A DNA stretch of 64,000 nucleotides from Hormiphora californensis. Taxonomy: Eukaryota > Animalia > Ctenophora. A model generated the notes under the pieces. It was not told the origin of the DNA. It saw only the letters and a program-made list of their open reading frames with translations, and did not search any database. This document shows positions 54,601-64,000 of the stretch, in pieces (position 1 is the stretch's first letter; each line of letters starts with the position of its first letter). The stretch is taken from contig CM035358.1 in the NCBI GenBank assembly GCA_020137815.1, positions 4,278,001 through 4,342,000 on the forward strand, in the 5' to 3' direction. A program made the position numbers and the translations under genes.

Positions 54601-57258
54601 ACCACAGAAGGAATATAATTCGAATGGCTCATTTCCCCAAAAGCAATAATATCTTAATCTCTATTTTTCCTATCAACTGGCCATTATCACGATGTTCACC
54701 ATATATATTCTCTCCTACTACAGTGGTGACGATAAGAGGTGTGTAATGAGGCTAAGGTACAATATCTCCACCGATGATTACGACCCCTACCAGACTGACT
54801 CCAACAGCAACCAAGACATGTGAGTAGCGTGATGAGAGTCATGTTAAGACATGTGAGCTATTTTGTGATGATGACTTATTATATCTGTCATAGCCAGAAC
54901 CCCATACTCACTCTTCCCCTTGTGATATAGTAGCGACGTCTACAAATTTGCATGGGTGTTGGAAAATTACTCAAAGCTACTGCAGACAGCCCCCTTCTTC
55001 TTTGTCGAGGCTGAGAAGCACATGATGGCGTTCCCTAGCCTAGCTACAGACATGTGTGCCAGTTTACATTTCACAATATGTATTTATTACTCAAAGCTAG
55101 CTACAGAGAGCTAACACATGTGTCCACTAACAATACCCCCATTCAGCACGGAGGGTATCGTCTCGCCCATCGAACAGAACCCCCTGGTAGATGTGGGAGC
55201 CTCTGCCCGTCCTCTCCGTCTTGCCATCAACACAAACCAGTACGGCCGAACATTCCAGGATCGGAGCCATGTTTATAGGGTGAGTTGGCAAGCTGCCAAT
55301 TAGAGATTTGCTGGCAATTGTATCCTACAGTCAATTGGACGAGGGAGTTACTCAGGATTGATTCAAGCAGGAACCCACACGGTGTTTTTGGGGAAACATA
55401 CCCTGAGTGATGTTTAGATATAATTGAGATTCTTACTATCTCCTATTTACAGCTGTTACCAAGGACAACCGCCATGGCTGGCAAGGTGATTCACAACCTG
55501 AATGTGCGAGGGAAGAGAGGGAATATTGTCCAGACATTCCCTGCCGTGGAATATGATTTCATTCCCAACCGAGCTACCATCCCAAATGATGACCTGGTAC
55601 ACATTCAATGGACAGGTAAACAACCAATCAGAACTCGTTATTTAGGTCACGTGACTGGTTATCAGCCAATCAGGGACCAGTATTTCCTGATTCGGTCGGT
55701 TCCTGTATAATAATGATCATGATACGCTCTCAGTTGATATCTTGATAGGTATCTGCAAGCTTGATATCTTGAGAAAGAGGTATCAAGCTATCACTTGGTA
55801 TCTAGATTCTAGAGAAAGAGGTATCAGATTCTAGAAAAAGAGGTATCAGTCTCATCTAGAAAAACTCTTTAGTAAACAAGGATTGTGAGATCATGTGAAT
55901 CTCATACCTTTTTTATATCGAGTTACCGTGAGCCCTATCTTAGTAAGATAGTATCTTACGTGCAGACCGTCATAATTTGTCATCCGAACGAAAATAATGT
56001 CATTGCAGCTTCAGGTTTTTTACAATTTCCAAATCAAATGCCATCTATCTCCAGGTTCCAACTCCCATAACAACAATCCCAACGGTGGAGATGGACAAAC
56101 TGGGGATGCTGGGGAGGGAACCGGCGGTACGGACCGATCAAACTTCCTAGAGATGCAGGTAATTAGTTGTTCTCTGTCAATTTAATTGTCAGGCGACATG
56201 GCTGTTGATACCGTTACGCTGAGTTGAAATCAAATCAGGATTCAGGCATAGGCATGCGAGCGTCAATTTTTGTGGGGTTTATATTATTCGTATTTTCATT
56301 ACTCGGAATATATTTTATACACGCATAAAAAATATTATCCTCAGCTCATTCTGCTTATTTATGCAGTCATGGGACCATTGGTGATCTTATATTCCTTACA
56401 TAGAATCCCACATGTAATAACACAAACTCTCACTTCAGGGGGAGATTGAGAATTATCCAGCTCCTTTCGAGAACACGACCTTCTGGAGTAAGGTTGAGTC
56501 TGTAACTGAGCCTACCGCAACCGCAAAAGACATTGCAATTGGATTCTGGTCTTCTGGGTACTACTGCGGTAAGTCCGGTAGTTGCCTTGCTAGACAAACA
56601 ATTCGACATTAAAAGTTTTGGTTTTAGTTAGACCTAGGAGAATCTTAAGAGATTCTGGTCTTCTGGGTACTACTGTGGTAAGTCCTGTCTGGCGGCGCCA
56701 GACCCCGATTTGATAGGGTCAGCGATCAAATAGGCGCCAGACATGGTAAATCCTTGGTATTGTGTGGCTCACATAAGACTGTATTCTTTGCGCAGAGTTA
56801 GAAAATAATAAATTTCCCACAATAGGTGAGGAGAAGCATGATGGTGTGTGTGCCACTGGTCGAGTGTTTGAGAACGATAACTCCCTGAACAACCAGCTGA
56901 ACAACGCCCCTGCCAGCTACTTTGGTAAGTCAAGGAAAACATCTCATCACCATTTGAGTCGCCTGACACTGCATGTCCATGCTCTGCACAATGCAAATCA
57001 CCATGACAACATCTCTTATCAAATCAAATCAATCTAACATCCAAACAATTTAAGCCAATGAAATAATAACTCAATTAAATTGTCTATTTTACCAAACCTC
57101 CATTCACAGGCCACGTGCTCAAGTTCAAGGAGTCCGTTACCGTGCCCTACATGTGCAGTAGGAACAATAACTTCTCCAACCGATCACAAAAGGGAATCAT
57201 GTGGGTGGTAACCCCAGCCCAAGCTGCTGCTGCCAAGAAGCGACGACGACGACGTTAA
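42697..57258 (+). CDS. DD3-3-like secreted protein C, ~703 aa, 16 exons (42697..42837, 47124..47216, 47419..47547, 52194..52301, 52495..52570, 53068..53278, 53560..53728, 53924..54082, 54359..54510, 54724..54819, 55147..55279, 55453..55615, 56055..56158, 56439..56568, 56826..56924, 57110..57258)
   Basis: [85 protein letters not shown]; CDS 2112 nt, in frame; ends [11 protein letters not shown]. Confidence 0.9.
43383..43546. repeat. ~164-bp hairpin palindrome (MITE-like) inside another small dispersed repeat
   Basis: AGTCGTGCCTGAACCTGAGGTACAGGCCACGGCTA... mirrored; host repeat motif GCCAATGCTCTGAC also at ~3960, ~42020-42075, ~54170-54225. Confidence 0.85.
43885..44829 (+). CDS. Intronless divergent rhodopsin-class 7TM GPCR, 314 aa, nested in intron 1 of gene C
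   Basis: Seven hydrophobic segments; GIVFN (TM1), LNFSD (TM2), VRVASILWP (DRY region), NPVVY (TM7). Confidence 0.9.
   Translation: MIKCVDGVNLSVFQRDLVEEYQSILEIFFIVSIPISTLGIVFNILCLTYFIRHQGQSLGDKLVIGLNFSDILTCLAMPLHWWLESTETVVPLGVAAVYSAIATFIFTFSFDLAVTLHAVRVASILWPLRDRKVKYFILPLSILEALKLGNLFVAVEQSSKPVYLAQFCGQVNESNNTSFNFFQHLGYAIVYSTLLSLIIVGTFKAVKTLKTSVIKTTTACKRRALSTVVIIVSIQIASLIPLAALLTYSSVAHKQSGELIAIMGKREYHLLTLFSVLYITGLISSVCNPVVYFVRIRAINNWLKGLWKKCSFSV
45682..46665 (+). mobile_element. Probable Helentron/HINE-like non-autonomous rolling-circle element
   Basis: GCAAAGGTG near the 5' end, inverted partner CACCTTTGC and hairpin TGCGCTTGCCAGCGCA at the 3' end; repeated core ACCAA(G/A)TTT...GATTGG...TCGCTATGG. 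Confidence 0.45.
47588..51806. mobile_element. Putative 4.2-kb TIR-bounded insertion in intron 3 of gene C
   Basis: TGAAACCTCGACT(TAT)AGATATAGTTTTT inverted at both ends, flanked by GGAGG on both sides; no transposase ORF seen. Confidence 0.55.
52765..53085 (+). repeat. Tandem copies of the gene C exon 6 acceptor
   Basis: ATATCTCCCCGCAG|GTTACCAGGAGTCAATG variants about nine times before the functional acceptor at 53067. Confidence 0.88.
55616..55705. mobile_element. hAT-type MITE, copy 3 (one TIR missing), forming the 5' end of gene C intron 12
   Basis: GTAAACAACCAATCAGAACTCG...TTCGGTCGGTTCCTG matches copies 1 and 2. Confidence 0.88.
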
Positions 57259-57332
57259 ACTGTTTAATGTGAACTTTTTGTATTTTGTGTGAGAATTCCA
57301 TCTATTGTTGTATTCTGATTTGTAAGTGAATA

Positions 57333-57579
57333 GGGGGTATGTATAATCCCGGATAACCCAGATAGCTCGGATAGCCCGGATGATAAGTATTTTCAGGATA
57401 GCCCGTAAGAAAATCCGGGATATCAGGGCCTGATTATCTGATATATCCGGGATATACGAGTTATCTGGGCTTGATTTCCGGAGTATTACAGCTCTTATAA
57501 GCTGGAATAGCTTTTCTGAAAATACCTATTATCCGGGCTATCCGCGCTATCTGGCTTATCCAGGATTATACATACCCCC
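57333..57579. mobile_element. MITE just downstream of the gene C stop codon
   Basis: TIR GGGGGTATGTATAATCC...GGATTATACATACCCCC, flanked by TA. Confidence 0.85.
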
Positions 57580-58003
57580 TAATGTTTATTAAAAAGAGTT
57601 TTAAAGCGTGAGTTGATTATAAATTGTTGTGATTATATTTTGACGAACAACCCGTTGAATTTAAAATTTGTTTTGAGTTTAGAACTCGTTAGTCAAGTTC
57701 GGGGCACAGTCACCTCATAACTCGTAGGCCTAGTCTCGCTGCGCTGTGCACGGCCTCAGTTGTAAGAGTGACTGTGTCACCAAGATCGGGAGAGATTTCA
57801 TACTTCATACACTAATACCATGGTCTTCTTATTCCATTTACATTTCCATATACCATCTCCGATCAAAGAAGCAGAACGGGAATGCTGACACGATGTAAAT
57901 TGTCGACCTTGTTAACTCTATAGAGAGAGAACTGTAATGTTGCCTTGCTCGACCCTGTCTCACCACGCCCCTGTGACGCTGGAAGTGATCATTATAATCT
58001 GAA

Positions 58004-61000
58004 TGTTATGGTTTGACAAAGTTGAAGACAAGCGTATTGCGATAACGAGAATGCGAAGTGAATTGTTATCAGTAACAGAGACATATAATACTTGAGGTTA
58101 AATCACGAGGTTGCCTGGTTACAACAAATCCTCTCTCAAAAAAAATCTTAGTTAAATAAAAAATAGTTAAAGTTTGAAAAATTGTCTATCACACATAAAA
58201 TATTGTCTTTTTGAGGGAGATGAGGTATTTTTTGTAGAAAACTGAAGACCAGAAGGACTATGTTGGATTAGATAGGACGTCGACAGGAATTCGCCTGACT
58301 CCGACATGGTGAGGAATTTCGGGATCATGGACCAAACGGGATCATGGATTGATTAAAAATTTCACATTTATCACTCTTTTCTCTAAAAATGTCTTTAATT
58401 AATAAGTCTATTATAAGTTTATGATTGATAATATGTATATCGCACTCTTTCTAACAAAAATTTATAATTTACATGATTATAGATTGTAGAATGTGGTTAG
58501 TAGGAAAGTTTATTTATAACTAAACGAGGGTAGAATGTGGTTAGTAGAATATTTAGTTGGTAGAATTAGTTGTATAATTAATTTTTTTTTAATTAATTAA
58601 CATTAGGATAGGATAGTATAGTAAAATAATTAGTAAAATAATTAGTCAGATCCTAATTATTTATTGGAATAAACCAAACGATAGAAACACGCCGCTGTTA
58701 TAACTTGGCGAAATGGTTGGCACATGCGGGGGCTCATTACTATGCAACAATAAACAATTCGTTAATAAGTAACGAAGAGTAAGTGGGAGCCGTGTTCTCA
58801 AGAATCAGTTACCACATGCCTGACCAACCTGCATAAAGTTTGTGGGAAGAGTGAACAGCGATACGTAGTGAGTCAAAATATGTTAAAACTACGCTAGAAT
58901 CTAGCAGGGTGAATTAACCCTAAGCTAAATCAGATGACTTCCGGGTGTATATATACGAAAAGCTAGAGCTCTAATCTATCAATAGAAAGAACAGTTAGAG
59001 ATGGCTGAGAGAATACTTCTGATTTAGGATACACAATTGGTTGTGTGAGAAAAATGGTATTAAATACCTGTGTGTGAAAAGTGAGGATTACCGAACTATT
59101 TCTTCTTCTTAGTCGGGCTAAACGCGATCCTCATCTTTTCCTGTAGCTTACTGGACTTACTTCTTGTATCATAACCACTCGAAGTCTGAGCTGTAGATTG
59201 CCCCGTGAGTTTCCTTTTCTCGGGCATGCTCTTGGTTGACGGGTTACGAGATACACCAGTAGTTTTGGGTTTAGGAGCTGGTTGGGGTTTTTCAGGTCTG
59301 GGTCTGAGATTATAGGAAGACTTGACAGCACCTGCCGAACCAGTAATATCACTCTCCGATTGCGTACGGCTTTTACGCCGTTTAGCTAAAGGAGGGATTT
59401 TAGGAGTGGTTGTGGTAGGAGTGTGGAAAGGTGTAGAAGGGGTAGTAGGATTAGTAATAGTTACATCTCTTTGTGGAGTAGCAGTCTCCTCTTGAGCTGC
59501 TGCGGGTACATTTGAATTCGGTACCTCTGGTTCTGTATCTATTACTGATTCTGCATCAGTATTTACACCTGTAGAAGACACATCTGTAGGAATGGTATTA
59601 GTAGCACTATGATAGGAAGTTTCCGTATCTGTGTTAACTCCTGAAGAAGAAACGTCTATAGGAGTGGTGTTAGTAGCTCTGTGATAGGAAGTTTCTGTGT
59701 CTGTATTAACTCCCGAAGAATTCACGTCTGTAGGAGTAGTGTTAGTAGCTCTGTGATAGGAAGATAGTCGTGGGCTTCTCCTGGTATGAGGAGGGAGGGG
59801 GTCAAGTAGAAAATCATCTTCGATTGAAGATGCATAGGAAGTAGTACGTCTACGTCTTGAAGGAATAGGAGGGACGTTTGATGGTTTAGGAATAGAAGTA
59901 TCGATGGAAGATGGTCGTGAGTACTTATTTTTAACATAGTGTTTCATTTTAGTAATACTAACTAATTTCTCTTTGCCATCAAAATTAATAACATAATTAT
60001 AGTCATTAATTTTCTTTAGAACTTTATGTGGACCAGTCCACTTTTGGGAGTATTTATGATTAGGAACATTTATCAACAACATACACAACATACCTTCTTC
60101 AAAGAACGGTCCTCTTACTTTTTTATCGTAGTTGGTACTCATGTATTGGATGTGTTTGTTGATTTTCTCACGAACCCGACGTGTAGTATCACGTACATGA
60201 GAATACATTTTATACGCTGCAGTATCGTAATCACCAGGATTGTGTTCCTGGTTGTTTGGTAGGAATAGGTCACGAGGCGTGCGTGCCTCTTGGCCAAATA
60301 AAAGAAAGTTAGGAGAGTATCCAGTACGATTGGATCTCATGCAGTTAAGAGTAAAAACTATCCAGTCAATGTATTCGTCATACCTGTGATAGTCTTTATT
60401 AGCTAGAATAGCCCTGAAACAGGTGTTAATACGTCGGTGGCATGATTCCACCTTGCCTTGGGTAGAAGATTTCCACGGAGTGGAATGTAGTTTTTGTATC
60501 CCAAAAACTTTACAAACCTCTTTGAAGAGATTAGATTCAAATCCAGAACCCTGATCACTTTGAATCCGGTTAGGAACACCAAACTTAGAAATCCAGTGTT
60601 TCATGATTGCTCTTATAGTATGTTCTGCACTAGTAGATCGCACAGGTACACACACTAAGTAAGAACTATACATGTCCACTATAGTTAGAAGAGCTACGTG
60701 ACCACGAGGGGTACGCGTTTTAGAAGGTTCCAAATGGTCAATCTGAATACACGAATTGAATGAGCTATAAATTATGGGTTTGAGTGGGGCTTTGAGTGGT
60801 CGATTGGTTGCTTTTGATCGTTGACATGTGACACATGCTGAGACATATAACTTGACCTCTTGTCTTATTTTGTAGAAATGGAATCTATATGATAGCTGAT
60901 CTAGTGTATTCTTCATACCAGGGTGACAACTACCAATGTTATCGTGGAATGAGGAAATGGCACGTCTAATTAACGTGTAAGGAAGAACAGTGACCCATTT

Positions 61001-62402
61001 TGGATCATTTTGTTCGGGTAGGAATGTTTTTAGCATGAGTAAACCCTTGCTAAATTTTAGGAGTTCAAATTTTCTGTAGTAGTAACTGATCTCTTTGTGA
61101 CACTTAGAAAGTTCAAGATCAGGTTTAGTATCATTAGTTACCCATTCAATTACCTCAGAAATGATCTTATCATTTTGGTATTCTGCAATTATCTCCTCGG
61201 TAGTAATAGCTTGATCATCACCTTCAGGATCGGTGAGAGTTAGGACCTTGTTGAGTTTAGAAAATGTAGAACACGGAATCTCCTCATCACTGGAATATTC
61301 CGGGGGGATAGAAAGTGAAGAACTATCTGATAAGGAAGTGTCAATTAGTTCCTTAATTTTCCTAATTCTTCTCTTAGTTTTAGGTTTAGAATTAATATCA
61401 GTCTGTGTACCCACAGATTGTTCTGAAATGTTATGGGCATATCTACTGAGATAATCAGCAATTTGTATGTCCTCAGAACGGCCACTGACATGTTTTATAG
61501 TAAATCTGTAACTTGATAAGTCAGCAATTCGACGCTGCATATATGCATTATCTTTAGAAAACAGGGTTTGTAAATTGAGAAGTGCTTTACAATCACTTAG
61601 AATAGTAAATTGGCTACCTTGTAAGTAGATTTTCCAATGCATTATAGCAGAATGTAGGGCTAAAAATTCTAATCTAGTAGCACCCCATTTTTGCAAATGT
61701 TTAGGAACACGTTTAGAATAGTAGGATATAACTTTGCGTTGTTGAGTTCTAGGATCGAGTTGGGTTAGAACAGCACCTAGACCTCGTTTGGAAGCGTCTA
61801 GAGTTACTACGTAGGAGTTGTGCGTGTCATTGACATCGGGCACGGATAGGATAGGAGCTGAAGACATGGCATGTTTCAGCTGACTGAATGAGTCTTGACA
61901 AGTTTTAGTCCAAACTAGCTCTTTTTTCTTATCAGTGTTTCCACCAGTAAGAGCATAGAGAGGAGCTGCCATCTCGGCAAAACCTTTTATAAAGTTGCGA
62001 TGGTAGTTAACCATGCCTAGAAACTTTTGTACCTGTTTGATACTAGTTGGGGTAGGAAGATTTCTAATAGCTTTCACTTTGTCAGGATCCACGGAAATTC
62101 CATCCTTAGAAATCTGTAAACCAAGAAATTTAACTTCTTGTTGGAAGAGCTTAGTTTTCTTAGGAGAGAGTTTTAGGTTAGCAAAGGTTAGTCTGTCAAA
62201 AACAAACTTTAACCGACGGAGATGATCGGGATAAGTATTACTGCATACCAAGAGATCATCTATGTATAGAATCAAAGCCTTGAAAGGAACTTTGTTAAAT
62301 AGTAATGCCATTGCACGAGAAAACTCGGCACTAGAAGATGATTGACCTTGTATCATCCGGTTAAACATGTATCGTTTACCGTTATAAGTGAAGGCTGTGA
62401 GA
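58004..62402 (-). mobile_element. Ty3/Gypsy LTR retrotransposon, 3' half
   Basis: pol ORF, ~1-kb 3' region, minus-strand PPT GAGAGAGGA followed by TGTTGTAACC at 58126; far LTR end near 58004 is tentative. Confidence 0.8.
59096..62402 (-). CDS. Gypsy Pol (partial RT, RNase H, integrase, long S/T-rich and basic tail); 5'-truncated
   Basis: LTAFTY, YIDD, DAS..GLGAVL, HHCC zinc finger (HDNIGSCHPG...CVTC), DDE core (IDH, SDQG, VESCH); RT-RH-IN order. Confidence 0.95.
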
Positions 62403-63545
62403 TGTTATAGTGTGTATTGACACGGTAGTAGCAATACCACTATACATGAGAATCACGCCTCATATAAGGCCTCACCCCATAACCCAGTACTTGTCTTAAT
62501 GTCTTAGTGATAACAGTCATGTGATTCTAGATAAGTTTCTGTATATAACTTGCATTCATATTTCTATTCTTCATTGCAATTCACTACAATCGAAAACTCG
62601 TCTATCGTTACTTTGTTTCCCAACCCCCTGGCATGGCGGTGGAGGTGTGGTATGGTCTGGTCCTTTGGGTGTCAACTTAGTTCTTTAATAAATGGAGCCT
62701 GATCTGTGCCGAACTACAACCCTCATCTCCATCCCCAATCTTCACCGAGATAGGCAGCTAGACGCTGGTCAGTAGGAGCAGGAGTTTACCTGTCGCGTGT
62801 TCTCCCCCTGTACCCAGGATTTGTGCGTGGATTGTTGAGTGGCGAGTGGAGTCCAGGCCTAGAGGAGAATGAGATGGCCGGCAGTCCCCCAATCCTGGGG
62901 AAGTAGTCCTGCTTAGCTCAGGACAGTGTGACAGTAGTCAGCTGGTTTTTTGTAGATTGGAGCCAGTTGGGGAGACTATCCTACTCTATGGTCGGTGGAG
63001 GTGGCGGATGGGCAGTGTGAGTGTGAGTGTGTTTAGGGCCAGATATTTACGGACATTTTGGTAGAATGGACATTTTATTTTAAATTTTAGCTTTTATGTT
63101 GGTGCCAGGGAATAAAATTTTAGCGGTTGGTAGAGAATTGACAATCGAGTTTATTAGGATATTTAATTTCCTGATTACGTAAACGTGATTGATATTTTTG
63201 ATTGTATTTTGAGTCCAATTACGAACTCAAAAGACAATTCTTTTTTGTCAGGGGCATATGTTATAGTGTGTATTGACACGGTAGTAGCAATACCACTATA
63301 CATGAGAATCACGCCTCATATAAGGCCTCACCCCATAACCCAGTACTTGTCTTAATGTCTTAGTGATAACAGTCATGTGATTCTAGATAAGTTTCTGTAT
63401 ATAACTTGCATTCATATTTCTATTCTTCATTGCAATTCACTACAATCGAAAACTCGTCTATCGTTACTTTGTTTCCCAACCCCCTGGCATGGCGGTGGAG
63501 GTGTGGTATGGTCTGGTCCTTTGGGTGTCAACTTAGTTCTTTAAT
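62403..63545 (+). mobile_element. TRIM-like miniature LTR element (~287-bp direct repeats, ~570-bp non-coding interior)
   Basis: Near-identical repeats 62403..62689 and 63259..63545 starting TGTTATAG; PBS-like TGGAGCC two nt after the first repeat; short purine tract AGGGG before the second. Confidence 0.8.
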
Positions 63546-64000
63546 ATGAATCATTAGGCCAATATCTTTATTATTATTATTATTATTAGAACTGCGATGG
63601 AAGTGGTCATTCGAATCATTAGAAGTATGCTGGTAGTGGTCATTATTTAAATCGCCTATGAGATGAACAAGGGAGGATCCCTAATTGGCTTTCCACACGG
63701 CATTAGGCAATTGGAATTGGTTCTCATCATCCCATCTATGCAAGTTGAACCGTCTGAGAATGAGATAGATATGGAAGTACCTGAGTGAACTGTGTCGATG
63801 CGATGATCAATGGGAGAGATATCGCACTATACTTTGCTTATCGATCTCTCGTTCTGAACGCTATCTGATTGACACCTTGAGTCATTGTCGTTAAACTGGC
63901 CCATACATATTGCATTTGTCACGCATATCATCTTGACGGAACTTCGACTAAAAGAAGAGAGGGGTATTTCATTTTGAGGGGTTTTTCATTTCGCAATCAA

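Noticed and set aside
63546-64000. Continuation of Gypsy pol beyond the TRIM-like element
   Set aside because: No RT or protease motifs in the minus-strand translation, which contains stops.

Overview
Eukaryotic, intron-rich animal DNA with many (GA)n microsatellites; repeat and domain content suggest a ctenophore (Pleurobrachia-like), which is an inference. The ORF track misses most real genes because they are spliced. Manual GT-AG splicing gives: the 3' end of a PKA catalytic subunit gene; a secreted Sushi-domain gene; an intronless 4x SRCR-like gene with one frameshift; a 9-exon gene of unknown function; and three complete DD3-3-like secreted protein genes (A minus, 13 exons, ~585 aa; B plus, 16 exons, ~697 aa; C plus, 16 exons, ~703 aa). 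Their introns hold an intact mariner, a 3.5-kb foldback element, a truncated LINE, three tRNA-Glu genes and a nested GPCR. A Gypsy pol cut off by a TRIM-like element ends the window. The most unusual signals are repeated local duplications of exon-intron junctions, transposons within 8 nt of 5' splice sites, and large intron-position differences among the paralogs.
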